From NCBI GenBank assembly GCA_963692865.2, contig OY843592.1:1856001-1920000 (forward strand): a stretch of DNA of 64,000 nucleotides. The letters are read 5' to 3'. Made by a program: the position numbers and the translations under genes. Below, piece after piece: positions 42,750 through 52,148 of this stretch. The stretch's first letter is position 1, and every line of letters begins with the position of its first letter. The DNA comes from a bacterium (GTDB lineage: Bacteria; UBA8248). A model generated the notes under the pieces. The model had not been told where the DNA came from. It ran no database searches and worked only from the letters and a program-made list of their open reading frames with translations.

Positions 42750-43241
42750 CTACCTGTCTATAGGGTCGCGGGGGTCGAATTCGTCGCCCCAAACGCCCCG
42801 GCGGTAGCGCCTGGCGAGGTTTTCGGCCTCTATCAACTCCTCCCGGTAGCGCACGTTGGGGTGCTTCACGAGGGCGCGGCCCAGCCCACGGAGCACCATG
42901 AGGACGTTCACGTGGCCGCCTTCTTCGAGGAAGACGTAATACAGCGTCTGCCCGGAGGCGTCCACGGGTTTCTCGTCGATTTCGAGACTCACCGTCCTGT
43001 TCTCGATGAGGCGCTTGAGGTACGCGCGGGACTGGGCGGCGCCCGGCGCGCCCGGCGCGGGCGCGGCCACGCCGATGAGAGCGGAGCGCAGGCCGCCGCC
43101 GAGCTGGAAGCTCGCCCCGTCGTAGACCCTGGTGACGCGCGCTTTGAGGCGTCTTCGGGGCTCGGCGCCATTGGCGGTGATGGGCGCGCAAGCGAGCGAC
43201 ATCAGCGCAAGCGCGCAGAGCAAAGAAAGCGGTTTTTTCAT
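42750..43241 (-). CDS. Exported thermonuclease (SNase)-like protein
   Basis: Signal/lipobox-like N-terminus, RVYDG, LIGVAAP, VNVLMVLRGLG, AENLARRYRRGVW. Confidence 0.78.
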   Translation of the reverse strand: MKKPLSLLCALALMSLACAPITANGAEPRRRLKARVTRVYDGASFQLGGGLRSALIGVAAPAPGAPGAAQSRAYLKRLIENRTVSLEIDEKPVDASGQTLYYVFLEEGGHVNVLMVLRGLGRALVKHPNVRYREELIEAENLARRYRRGVWGDEFDPRDPIDR

Positions 43242-43397
43242 CCTCGCCTCATACGGTCTTGATGGGAATGGCCCTGAAAATCTTTCACGTTCCGGTGGAA
43301 AGCAGGCCCCCTCCGGCGTTTGTTTATACCACAGGGCGCGACCGATGCGCTTTTAGGGAGGGGACTCATGTGTTGGGGGAGGGGGAATAGAGCCGTT

Positions 43398-43619
43398 GTA
43401 GGGGCGGACCTGTGTGTCCGCCCCATTTGTGATTTTCCACTCGCGGCGCATGACGGAATCCAGGCGGACGAGAAACGCATCGGTTCTGGATTCCGGCATA
43501 CGCCGGAATGACGATGCCGTGAATTTCGGGAGGAGAGGAGGTTCCGTTGCGTGGGCGAACCTGCCCATCATGTGTATTGGCGTCGCACCGACAGGGCGGA
43601 CACATAGGTCCGCCCCTAC
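43398..43619. repeat. Inverted GTAG-REP doublet (REPIN/BIME-like) enclosing a CGTC-type REP
   Basis: GTAGGGGCGGACCTGTGTGTCCGCCC ... GGGCGGACACATAGGTCCGCCCCTAC. Internal GGATTCCGGCATACGCCGGAATGACG at 43488-43513. Confidence 0.8.
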
Positions 43620-43748
43620 GGGAGATTCGGCTCCTCTATATGGTTGCTTTTGGGGCGACCTTGCATGTCAAGCGGGGCGCGGGGACAATGAGAACGATGA
43701 GAAAATCGCCGCTGCGCTTGAAGATACCAGCAAGGAAGCAGGCCGACA

Positions 43749-44279
43749 TTGGCGGATACGGACGAGAAGCGGATATTCATCATCGCGGGGCCGAACGGCG
43801 CGGGCAAGACGACGTTCGCCACGGAATTTCTGCCGAACGAGGCGGACTGTCCGCTTTTCATCAACGCGGACATCATCGCGGCGGAGCTGAATCCTTCCGA
43901 GCCTCATCTGGTCGCCTTTCAGGCCGGCAGGCGGATGTTGGAGCAAATCCGCGAGCACGCGCTCAAAGGAGAGAGTTTCGCCTTCGAGACGACTTTGAGC
44001 GGCCTCGTCTATGCGCGCCGTATCCCCCGGTGGCGGGAGCAGGGCTACCGGGTCAAGCTGTTCTTCCTGCGGTTGCCGACGCCCGAGATGGCTATCGGGC
44101 GCGTCGCGCAGCGCGTTCTGGAGGGAGGCCACGACGTGCCCGAGGCGGTGCTCCGAAGACGGTTCGACGCCGGCCGGCGCAACTTCGAGGGAATTTATCG
44201 GGATTTGGTCGACGGCTGGATTTTGTACGATAATTCGGGTGTTGAGCCGAAACGGCTGGCGGAGGAGTCGAGAGAATGA
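43749..44279 (+). CDS. Zeta-toxin-like P-loop ATPase
   Basis: IAGPNGAGKTT, INADIIA, FAFETTLSG, RVLEGGHDVP, YDNS. Confidence 0.85.
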   Translation: MADTDEKRIFIIAGPNGAGKTTFATEFLPNEADCPLFINADIIAAELNPSEPHLVAFQAGRRMLEQIREHALKGESFAFETTLSGLVYARRIPRWREQGYRVKLFFLRLPTPEMAIGRVAQRVLEGGHDVPEAVLRRRFDAGRRNFEGIYRDLVDGWILYDNSGVEPKRLAEESRE

Positions 44280-44491
44280 ATTCACCAGGCAGAAACCCGG
44301 AGCAAAAACCCCGTGATCCCGACTTCGTCGGCGCCGATGCGGCGATGCGCCGGGCGGCCTTGCGGGCGCGAAAGCTGGCGGAGAAAACGGACGCGATGAT
44401 TGCAGCGGGCAAGGGCGCGGTCTCGGGCGAGATTCATGGAACGAACACCGGGCGCGACCCGCGCGAGCGCGGCTCCCGCAAGGCGACATAA
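44276..44491 (+). CDS. Small hypothetical protein, putative antitoxin-like partner
   Basis: ATGA overlap with the ATPase stop. DPDFVGADAAMRRAALRARKLA helix. Confidence 0.6.
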   Translation: MNSPGRNPEQKPRDPDFVGADAAMRRAALRARKLAEKTDAMIAAGKGAVSGEIHGTNTGRDPRERGSRKAT

Positions 44492-44494
44492 GAC

Positions 44495-44997
44495 AGGGTT
44501 GTTGAAAAAGCCTCGATTCCGTGATTCGGCGTATGGGGCCAGCCAAGTAGAGAGCAGAACCACTCCCCCCTTGTGAGGGGGCTGTTGAAAAAATCCCCAA
44601 AAGGAGCGCACCGAATTTCACTCCCCCCTTGAGGGTCGGGCTTCCCGAGGGGAAAGCCCGACCCTCAAGGGGGGAGTGAAATTCAAAAGCATGCGCGCAA
44701 CTCAAAATTGCTTCCCGGATCTTTTTCAACAACCTCGTATGCGGCCCCTACACGCGCCCTCGAATACCGACCGTGCCCGCCCGTCCATCAATTCACCCCG
44801 ACATCGGATAGGCACGGGGGCCTGTCCCTACGGGTTCGTTTCGAGTTCGGGGTTCCGTAGGGGAGGACCCGTGTGTCCTCCCGCCTCGCACGTCGTTCTG
44901 ATCGTGAGCCTGATGTAGGTCGGACATATATGTCCGACATATATGCGGCCCATCACGGGCGGCGAAAAAGGCCGGGTCGCATGTATGCGACCCCTAC
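44495..44997. repeat. Composite repeat block: MITE ends, a 31-bp-stem hairpin and several GTAG REPs
   Basis: TIR-left at 44495 and 44578, TIR-right ending 44736. Hairpin at 44613-44684. REPs near 44810, 44857 and 44915-44997. Confidence 0.8.
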
Positions 44998-45272
44998 ACT
45001 CCCTCTCCTCAGGAAGGCTTTTCTTCCACCCCCTCGTCGCATTCGTCATCCATGACACATTTACAGAATCACCCAGGCGATTTTGAATTGGAATGGGCAG
45101 GTGTTAAGATGTTTCCATCCAAGCTACCAGATGGAAATCGTTGGTTGTCGTGGAAAGTTGTGACGCGCCTTTGGAACACCCACTGATTCCGGCGCACTCA
45201 ACTCACGGAGCGCCCGGAATCCTCAATAGGTTCGCTGCCAGGCGCAGACGGATCGGGAGAGGAGGTAAACCC

Positions 45273-46556
45273 ATGCGACGGTTCCTCATGACTCATTTTT
45301 TGGTCGGTTTGGTAACAGCGCTTCTCATGAGCCCCGCTTTCGCCCAGCAGAGGATCACCTGGTGGGAACACAGCAACCCGCCGCACAACAACTACTCGAA
45401 GGATCTGGTGGCGGAGTGGAACAAGAAGAACCCCAAGACTCCCGTGCAGTATGATTTTTTCGCGATGACCCCGTATTTCCAGAAGCTCACGGCGGCGCTT
45501 TCCACGCGCTCGGCGGCCGACATGTTCACGCTCATCGACTTCCTGCTGCCCGGCTTCACCGCCAAGAAAGTCCTCGCGCCCATTCGTCCCGAGTGGCTGG
45601 GCTACAAGGACCTCGAGGACATGAAGAAGGCCTACATACCGGGGGCGCTGGACGGCTACATCCATGAAGGGAAGCTCTACGCCATTCCGCCCATCGCTTC
45701 GGGCTTCAGCCTCTTCATCAACCGGAAGCACTTCAAGGAGGCGGGGCTTGACCCGGACAAGGATTACCCGCGCACATGGGAAGACGTGGGCCGCATCGGG
45801 AAAAAACTGGTGAAGATGAGGGGCAGCAGGATGGTGCGCGAGGGCTTCGATTTCGCCATGCACTCCTCCACCTGGACGATGTGGTACTTCAACACGACGA
45901 TCCGGCAATACGGGGGAGAAGTCCTCGACGCCTCAGGGAAGAAGTGCACGGCCAACAGCGAGGCGGGCGTGAAGGCCATGAACGTCCGCGCCCGGATTGC
46001 GCACCACTACAAGGCTTCGGACCCCACCGTCAGTTTCGGCACCAACGCCCTTCCGGCGGACGATATCCCCAAGGGGCGCGTCTCCATGTTCATCACCCAC
46101 GCGGGGAGCGTGGCGCAATTCGGCCCCAAGATGATGAAGGACCTGAAAGTGGTGCCCTTCCCGCAGGTGGACCCCAAGAATCCCGTGACGCCGATTTACG
46201 GCTTCGCCATGGCGGTGAATCCCCATATTTCCGAGGCGAAACAGAAGATAGTGCACGCTGTGCTGAAACACGTCGTCAACGACTCGAAAACCTGGTACGA
46301 GAGGACCTCCTATCCCCATCCCGACAAGAACTTCCTGAACCTTCCCGGGATGGAGGAGGCGCGCACGAAAAACTACCTGGGCGTGTTCGTAAAGGACATC
46401 TCGAACGGGCGCTTTCTGCAGCGCTCCGACAAGATCCTCGAGCTCAACCAGGCCATTCACCGGGCGATGGAGCGCGTGGTCCTGAAGAAGGAAGACTCCA
46501 GGAAGTCGCTCGACCAGGCGTGTAAGGAGATCGACGCGGCGCTGGCCAAGAAGTAG
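45273..46556 (+). CDS. Carbohydrate ABC transporter substrate-binding protein
   Basis: Signal peptide ending AFA-Q, GKLYAIP, LFINRKHFKEAGLDP, PRTWED. GGAGG RBS. Confidence 0.9.
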   Translation: MRRFLMTHFLVGLVTALLMSPAFAQQRITWWEHSNPPHNNYSKDLVAEWNKKNPKTPVQYDFFAMTPYFQKLTAALSTRSAADMFTLIDFLLPGFTAKKVLAPIRPEWLGYKDLEDMKKAYIPGALDGYIHEGKLYAIPPIASGFSLFINRKHFKEAGLDPDKDYPRTWEDVGRIGKKLVKMRGSRMVREGFDFAMHSSTWTMWYFNTTIRQYGGEVLDASGKKCTANSEAGVKAMNVRARIAHHYKASDPTVSFGTNALPADDIPKGRVSMFITHAGSVAQFGPKMMKDLKVVPFPQVDPKNPVTPIYGFAMAVNPHISEAKQKIVHAVLKHVVNDSKTWYERTSYPHPDKNFLNLPGMEEARTKNYLGVFVKDISNGRFLQRSDKILELNQAIHRAMERVVLKKEDSRKSLDQACKEIDAALAKK

Positions 46557-46568
46557 GCTGGAGAACCG

Positions 46569-47531
46569 ATGGGCCGCGAGATCGGAGCCGGTCGGGCTTC
46601 ACCTGCGATGATCCGGAGTTCCGCATCCCTGCTGCGGCGGTGGGGGGCCGGCGGGGGGAAACGCTCCCTCCACAGCCACCTCCGCTGGGCGGGGTTCTTC
46701 TTCGTTCTCCCTGCGCTCATCCATCTCGTGATCTTCAAGTTCTACCCCATGCTCCAGGCCTTGCGGCTGAGCTTCTACCGCTACGACCTCATGAGCCCGC
46801 CGGTGTTCACCGGGCTTGAGAACTATAAGCTCCTCTGGGAAAACCCGCTCTTTCATCAGTCTTTCTGGGTTTCGGTCAAGTACATGTTCGGGGTCTCCAT
46901 CCCGGAGTGGTTCTTCGCGCTGGGTCTGGCCCTCCTCCTGAACCGGCGGATGCCGGGGCGGGCGGTCATCCGTCTGGCGTACTTCTTCCCCATCGCGATG
47001 TCGCAGATCGTCGTGGCCATGGTGTGGAAGTTCATGTACCACCCCTTCGGCTTGGTGAACACGATTCTGGAGACCTTCGGCGTCGGCCGCATCAACTGGC
47101 TCTCGATGGAGGAGTCGGCGCTGCCCGCCCTCATCGCCATCGGCATCTGGCGGGGCATCCCGCTGTTCGGCGTGATCTATCTGGCGGGCTTACAGGCCAT
47201 CCCCAAGGAATACCACGAGGCGGCCATCATCGACGGCGCGGGCGTGTTCCAGCGCTTTTTTTACGTGACGATCCCCCTGCTTCTTCCCACGATAATGTTC
47301 GTGATGGTGTTGTCTCTCCTCTCGGCCGTGAAGGTGTTCCTGAATCCGCTGGTCATGACCGAAGGCGGCCCCAACGGGACGACCCGGGTGCTCCCGTACT
47401 TCATCTACGAAACGGGATTCGCCTTCTTCCGGATGGGGGAGGCCGCCGCGGCTTCGATGGTGCTCTTCGTCTTTCTGTTCGGCCTGACACTCATCCAGCT
47501 GCGGCTCCTGCGCCGGGGAGGTGTGGAATGA
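46569..47531 (+). CDS. Carbohydrate ABC transporter permease 1
   Basis: FTGLENY, EAAIIDGA, GGPNGTT. Confidence 0.92.
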   Translation: MGREIGAGRASPAMIRSSASLLRRWGAGGGKRSLHSHLRWAGFFFVLPALIHLVIFKFYPMLQALRLSFYRYDLMSPPVFTGLENYKLLWENPLFHQSFWVSVKYMFGVSIPEWFFALGLALLLNRRMPGRAVIRLAYFFPIAMSQIVVAMVWKFMYHPFGLVNTILETFGVGRINWLSMEESALPALIAIGIWRGIPLFGVIYLAGLQAIPKEYHEAAIIDGAGVFQRFFYVTIPLLLPTIMFVMVLSLLSAVKVFLNPLVMTEGGPNGTTRVLPYFIYETGFAFFRMGEAAAASMVLFVFLFGLTLIQLRLLRRGGVE

Positions 47532-48361
47532 GCCGAAAGACGATGCTCCGCTTGGGAGGCGCCCTCATCAGCCTGCTCACGGTTGCCGGAGTCGTGGTGA
47601 TGCTCCTGCCCTACTTCTGGATGGTCTCCTCCTCCATCAAGACGGGGATTGAGGTCTTCGATCTCCCCATCAAATGGATACCGGACGAGATCCAGTGGGT
47701 GAACTACCCCAACGCCCTGTCCAAGGGGGCTTTCGGGGTCTATTTTTACAACAGCTTCGTCGTGGCTTTCGCGGTCATGGCGGGAAACCTCGTCTTCTGC
47801 ACCCTGGCGGGCTACGGCCTGGCCAAGTTCCGCTTCCGCCACCGGGAGCTGTGCTTCCGCCTGATTCTGAGCACGCTGATGCTGCCGCTGGAGATCGTTC
47901 TGGTGCCCACTTTCCTCGTGGTGCGGGAACTGGGCCTCGTCAACACATACGGCGGGCTGATCGCCCCGCTGGCGGTGGACGCTTTCGGCGTTTTTCTCAT
48001 GCGCCAGTCCATCAGGGACATTCCCGATTCCCTCATCGAGGCGGCGCGGATGGACGGATGCAGCGAGTTCGGCATCTTCTGGCGCATCATTCTTCCCAAC
48101 TGCAAGCCCGCGCTGGGCGCGCTGGCGCTGCTCGCCTTCCGCGACAACTGGGACCAGTTCCTGTGGCCGTTCATCGTGGCGACGACCGACGATTTGAAGA
48201 CCTTCCCGCTCGGCCTCGCCCAGATGGAGGGCATCGATTCGGCCGCCTACCATGAAATCATGGCGCTCGCGGTCTTGGGGATGATCCCGGCGGCATTCAT
48301 ATTCCTGTTCTTCCAGCGCGCCTTCGTCCGCGGCATCACGCTCACGGGGCTCAAGGAGTGA
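47528..48361 (+). CDS. Carbohydrate ABC transporter permease 2
   Basis: ATGA overlap, EAARMDG, FQRAFVRGI...GLKE. Confidence 0.92.
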   Translation: MSRKTMLRLGGALISLLTVAGVVVMLLPYFWMVSSSIKTGIEVFDLPIKWIPDEIQWVNYPNALSKGAFGVYFYNSFVVAFAVMAGNLVFCTLAGYGLAKFRFRHRELCFRLILSTLMLPLEIVLVPTFLVVRELGLVNTYGGLIAPLAVDAFGVFLMRQSIRDIPDSLIEAARMDGCSEFGIFWRIILPNCKPALGALALLAFRDNWDQFLWPFIVATTDDLKTFPLGLAQMEGIDSAAYHEIMALAVLGMIPAAFIFLFFQRAFVRGITLTGLKE

Positions 48362-48435
48362 GGAGCATGAAAGCGTCTTCGATAAACCCGTTTTCGGCCG
48401 TCAAGCACGTGAAGACTCGCTTTCCGGCCCCATGG

Positions 48436-48691
48436 AGGGTTGTTGTAAACCCCCTTATGGTTCGGACGGGATTCTATTGTAGTTGGCGGCCCCTCCTCGG
48501 GGCCGCCCCACACATATATGCGGCCCTCCCAGCCCGGCACGCGGGTCGCATGTATGCGACCCCTACACCCCGAATGCGGGATGATGGAACATGGCGACCT
48601 CATCGGGCGGACGCATGGGAGCGCTCCTGCAATCTCTCACCCATCGGTAAGGGATGGATTCCAGGCGAGAAGGGACTTTTTCAACGGCCCC
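48436..48691. mobile_element. MITE-like element with a perfect 5-bp target duplication, carrying REP palindromes, inside the ABC operon
   Basis: CATGG|AGGGTTGTTGTAAA ... TTTTTCAACGGCCCC|CATGG. Interior GGGTCGCATGTATGCGACCCCTAC. Confidence 0.75.
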
Positions 48692-48754
48692 CATGGAGGG
48701 GGGAAGGCTCCGCGCATGCGCCCGCCGTGCTTCTCGCAGAGAGGAGAAACTGAG

Positions 48755-49834
48755 ATGGGGGAGGTGCTGCTCGAGGATCTCACCAAGGATTTCGGCGAGG
48801 TGGTCGCGGTCAAGGAGGTGAACCTCACGATCCACGACGGGGAGTTCGTGGTGTTGCTGGGTCCCTCGGGATGCGGCAAGACCACAACGCTTCGGATGAT
48901 CGCCGGCCTGGAGGAGATAACGAGCGGGCGCATCCTCCTCGACGGCCGCGTGCTGAACGACGTGCACCCGCGCGACCGCGACATCGCCATGGTGTTCCAG
49001 AACTACGCGCTCTACCCCCACATGAGCGTCTACAAGAACATGGCCTTCGGCCTCAAGATGCGCAAGGTCGCCAAGGACGAGATCGACCGCAGGGTCAGGA
49101 GCGCCGCCGGCATCCTGGGGATTGAATCGCTACTCGGGCGCTACCCGGGCAAACTCTCCGGCGGCCAGCGCCAGCGGGTCGCGCTGGGGCGCGCCATCGT
49201 GCGCGACCCGCGCGTCTTCCTCTTCGACGAGCCGCTCTCGAACCTCGACGCCAAGCTGCGGGTCCAGACCCGGGTGGAACTCCTCAAGCTCCACCAGCAC
49301 CTCGCCGCCACCTCGGTCTACGTCACGCACGATCAGGTCGAGGCCATGACCATGGGGGACAGAATCGTGGTCATGCACGAAGGGGTCATCCAGCAGGTCG
49401 GCCCCCCGATGGAGGTCTACCAGAACCCGGCGAACCAGTTCGTGGCGGGCTTCATCGGGAGCCCCTCGATGAATTTCCTCTCCGCCGCGGTGCGCGCCGA
49501 GGGAGGGCGGATATTCCTCGAAGGCGCCGGCTTCCGGGTTCCCCTGCCGGCGGAGCGCGCGAGCGGGCTTGAGGGGCGCGAGGGCGGGGAGGTCGTATTC
49601 GGCATTCGGCCGGAAGACATGCGCTTGGACGCCGAGGGCGGGATCGAGGGGGCGGTCGAGATCATCGAGCCGGTGGGGTCGGACATCTTTCTCGACCTGA
49701 GCGTGGGCGGCGCCTCCCTCACCGCGCGGGTGGAGTCCAGCGTCAGGATGAGCCAGGGCGAGCGCGTCCGCCTCCGCCCCGACCCGGAGCGCGTCCACGC
49801 TTTCGACCCCGCGACGGGCGCGACGTTGATCTGA
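48755..49834 (+). CDS. Carbohydrate ABC transporter ATP-binding protein (MalK/UgpC-like)
   Basis: GPSGCGKT, VFQNYALYPHM, LSGGQRQR, DEPLSNLDAKLR. Confidence 0.95.
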   Translation: MGEVLLEDLTKDFGEVVAVKEVNLTIHDGEFVVLLGPSGCGKTTTLRMIAGLEEITSGRILLDGRVLNDVHPRDRDIAMVFQNYALYPHMSVYKNMAFGLKMRKVAKDEIDRRVRSAAGILGIESLLGRYPGKLSGGQRQRVALGRAIVRDPRVFLFDEPLSNLDAKLRVQTRVELLKLHQHLAATSVYVTHDQVEAMTMGDRIVVMHEGVIQQVGPPMEVYQNPANQFVAGFIGSPSMNFLSAAVRAEGGRIFLEGAGFRVPLPAERASGLEGREGGEVVFGIRPEDMRLDAEGGIEGAVEIIEPVGSDIFLDLSVGGASLTARVESSVRMSQGERVRLRPDPERVHAFDPATGATLI

Positions 49835-50054
49835 TGCGTTGCGTGAGGCTACTATCCGTTCTGGTGTATGGGTGTCCTGAATCTGGCGGATTCCCTGCCT
49901 TTCGCGCTTTCATTGCCGCCATCGATGAACTTCGCACCGGAGACCCCGCTCGCCGGTTGAGGGAAACAGCGCAGTCGGCGCCGGTTTGCGCCGGGGCCGG
50001 ACGATAAATATGAGTGGTTATGTACAGGCCGAGCCGCCGCAACGGAGACAAACC

Positions 50055-50666
50055 ATGAAATGGACCATGCTGATGCTTGCCGCGCCGCTTTTGCTCTGCG
50101 CTCACGCCGCAAGCGCGCAGAAACTCGAAAAGGCGATCTTCGCCGGCGGCTGCTTCTGGTGCGTCGAGTCTGATTTCGACAAGGTGCCGGGCGTGGTCTC
50201 GACGACTTCGGGCTATACGGGCGGGAAGACCAAAAACCCGACCTACAAGGAAGTCACGTATGGCGACACGGGACACTACGAGGCGGTCGAGATTACCTAC
50301 GATCCAAAGAAGGTCGGCTACGAGGCGCTGCTCACCGCCTTCTGGCACTCGGTCGACCCGACCGACGACGGCGGCCAGTTCTGCGACCGGGGCGATTCCT
50401 ACCGCACCGCCGTCTTCGCCTTGAACGATGAGCAGCGCAAGGCGGCGGAGGCCTCCAAGGAGGCGGCGCAAAAGACTCTCGGCAAACCCATCGTCACCCC
50501 GATACTCGACGCCGCCGCGTTCTACCCCGCCGAGTATTATCACCAGGACTATTACAAGAATAACTCGTTCCGCTACCGCTACTACCGCTTCTCGTGCGGA
50601 CGGGACAGAAAGATCAAGAGAATCTGGGGCAAACACGCCTTCAAGGGCATCCCCAAGAAAAACTGA
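50055..50666 (+). CDS. msrA: Peptide-methionine (S)-S-oxide reductase, exported
   Basis: GGCFWC, GYTGG, AEYYHQDYY. N-terminal signal peptide ending ASA-Q. Confidence 0.93.
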   Translation: MKWTMLMLAAPLLLCAHAASAQKLEKAIFAGGCFWCVESDFDKVPGVVSTTSGYTGGKTKNPTYKEVTYGDTGHYEAVEITYDPKKVGYEALLTAFWHSVDPTDDGGQFCDRGDSYRTAVFALNDEQRKAAEASKEAAQKTLGKPIVTPILDAAAFYPAEYYHQDYYKNNSFRYRYYRFSCGRDRKIKRIWGKHAFKGIPKKN

Positions 50667-50862
50667 AACCGCGCCGTCCCGACCTATGACATGGACTCAA
50701 CGGGATGAGCAGTGGTGACTCTCCTGGCATTCGGACCGGATCGCCCTTTGTCCATACGGGGTTTTTGCAGAAGTCCTGCCTATAATTGGGCGTAAGGATA
50801 TTCTTTCTCCCGAGACGGGGAGGGAGAAGATGGCGCTCCACCCTTGTAGAGTACTCAACAAC

Positions 50863-51237
50863 CACTCCCCCCTTGAGGGGGAGTCGGTGAGGTGAGGGAG
50901 CTTTTTCCCCGAAACCGAACCGGTGGGGGGTGCTTTCATGTAGAACCGTCCCCCCACCGATTCAGCCTTCGCAAAAAGCGTTCGGCTTCATCGTCGGGCT
51001 TTCCTCTCGGGAAGCCCAACCCTCAAGGGGGGAGTGAACTTCAAAGGCGCGCGCGATGGTTTCCGCAGGGGCAACCCCCCGTGGCCGCCCGTATCGGATA
51101 TGTCCATCCACGTGGTTGCGCTTGGCAGGGAGGGGCGCAGAGGCCTCGGACAGGCACAGGGGCCTGTCCCTACGGATCCCCCCTTCCGGGTCGGTTCGAA
51201 ACGGCGAATCATGAAATCAGGACTTTTTAACAGCCCC
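50863..51237. repeat. Composite repeat: CACTCCCCCC-bounded ~175-bp element, REPs and a MITE right end
   Basis: CACTCCCCCCTTGAGGG...CCCTCAAGGGGGGAGTG at 50863-51036, GGCACAGGGGCCTGTCCCTAC, GGACTTTTTAACAGCCCC. Confidence 0.8.
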
Positions 51238-51355
51238 CATACGGGTTGAGTCATGTCCTTACCGTAGACTTCATGAAGCCGGGCGATTGCCGGGGAAACG
51301 GGAGCCGGGCGCTCCCGTCCCGGCGGGCTCGTCGATTCGCCGTGCGGGAGACGCG

Positions 51356-52042
51356 CTAGGCGGCCTGGTTGCGCTCCAGCATGTCGAGCACGTCGTCTGT
51401 TTTCGTAATCCAGCCGAATTTCGACTCGAAGTTGTAGAGGGTGGCCTCGCGCGTGAAGTCGGGGCCGGTGTGATCCATCGCGTCCTCGATGAGGATGGGC
51501 CAGAACTCGCGGAAATACGCCTCGCGCGCCGTGCTCTCCACGCAGACGTTCGTGGCCACGCCGGTGAAGAGAATGTGCCGGATGTCCAGGCCGTTTAACT
51601 GGTTTTCCAGCGTCGTGCCCGCGAAGCCGCTGTAGCGGGCCTTCTTCACCACCAGATCGTCCGGCTCGGGCTTGAGCTCGTCGATGATTTCCCACCCCCA
51701 CGTCCCTTCGATGATGAGTTTATCGCGGTCCTCCGGGCGCTCCTCGATCATCTTGAACGCCATGTGCTTGCGCACGTTGGGCGACTGGGGGCCGCCTGCG
51801 TCGCTCAAGTCGGGTTTGTAGCCGAACTGGAGATAGAGCACCTTCACGCCCGCCGCGCGCGCCGCAGCGAGCAGGCGCCGGTTGGCCGCGATGACGGGGT
51901 TCGTGCGGGCCTCGTCGATGCCCGCGCCCAGGTCGAGCATTCCGCCCTTCTTCGCGTAGGCGTTCTGCATGTCGACCACAATGAAAGCGGTTCGCCCTAA
52001 GTCGATTTCCACCTCCTGCGGCCGCGCCTTGAGGATTGCCAT
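51356..52042 (-). CDS. Isochorismatase-family cysteine hydrolase (RutB-like)
   Basis: LKARPQEV, VVDMQNAY, GTWGWEIIDEL, KARYSGF, GVATNVCVEST, FGW. Confidence 0.85.
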   Translation of the reverse strand: MAILKARPQEVEIDLGRTAFIVVDMQNAYAKKGGMLDLGAGIDEARTNPVIAANRRLLAAARAAGVKVLYLQFGYKPDLSDAGGPQSPNVRKHMAFKMIEERPEDRDKLIIEGTWGWEIIDELKPEPDDLVVKKARYSGFAGTTLENQLNGLDIRHILFTGVATNVCVESTAREAYFREFWPILIEDAMDHTGPDFTREATLYNFESKFGWITKTDDVLDMLERNQAA

Positions 52043-52148
52043 GCGTCTTCTCCATGGATATCAGGACAAAATTTTCTCCAGTGCTTCTTTATAGCACAGG
52101 GGGCGATGCGATGCGCTTTCGGGGATGAATTCCGAGCGAGGAGGGAGG

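Noticed and set aside
49852-49960. Minus-strand fragment ...SGAKFIDGG... reminiscent of an IS256 transposase C-terminus
   Set aside because: Too short and degenerate, with no supporting IR or upstream transposase sequence.
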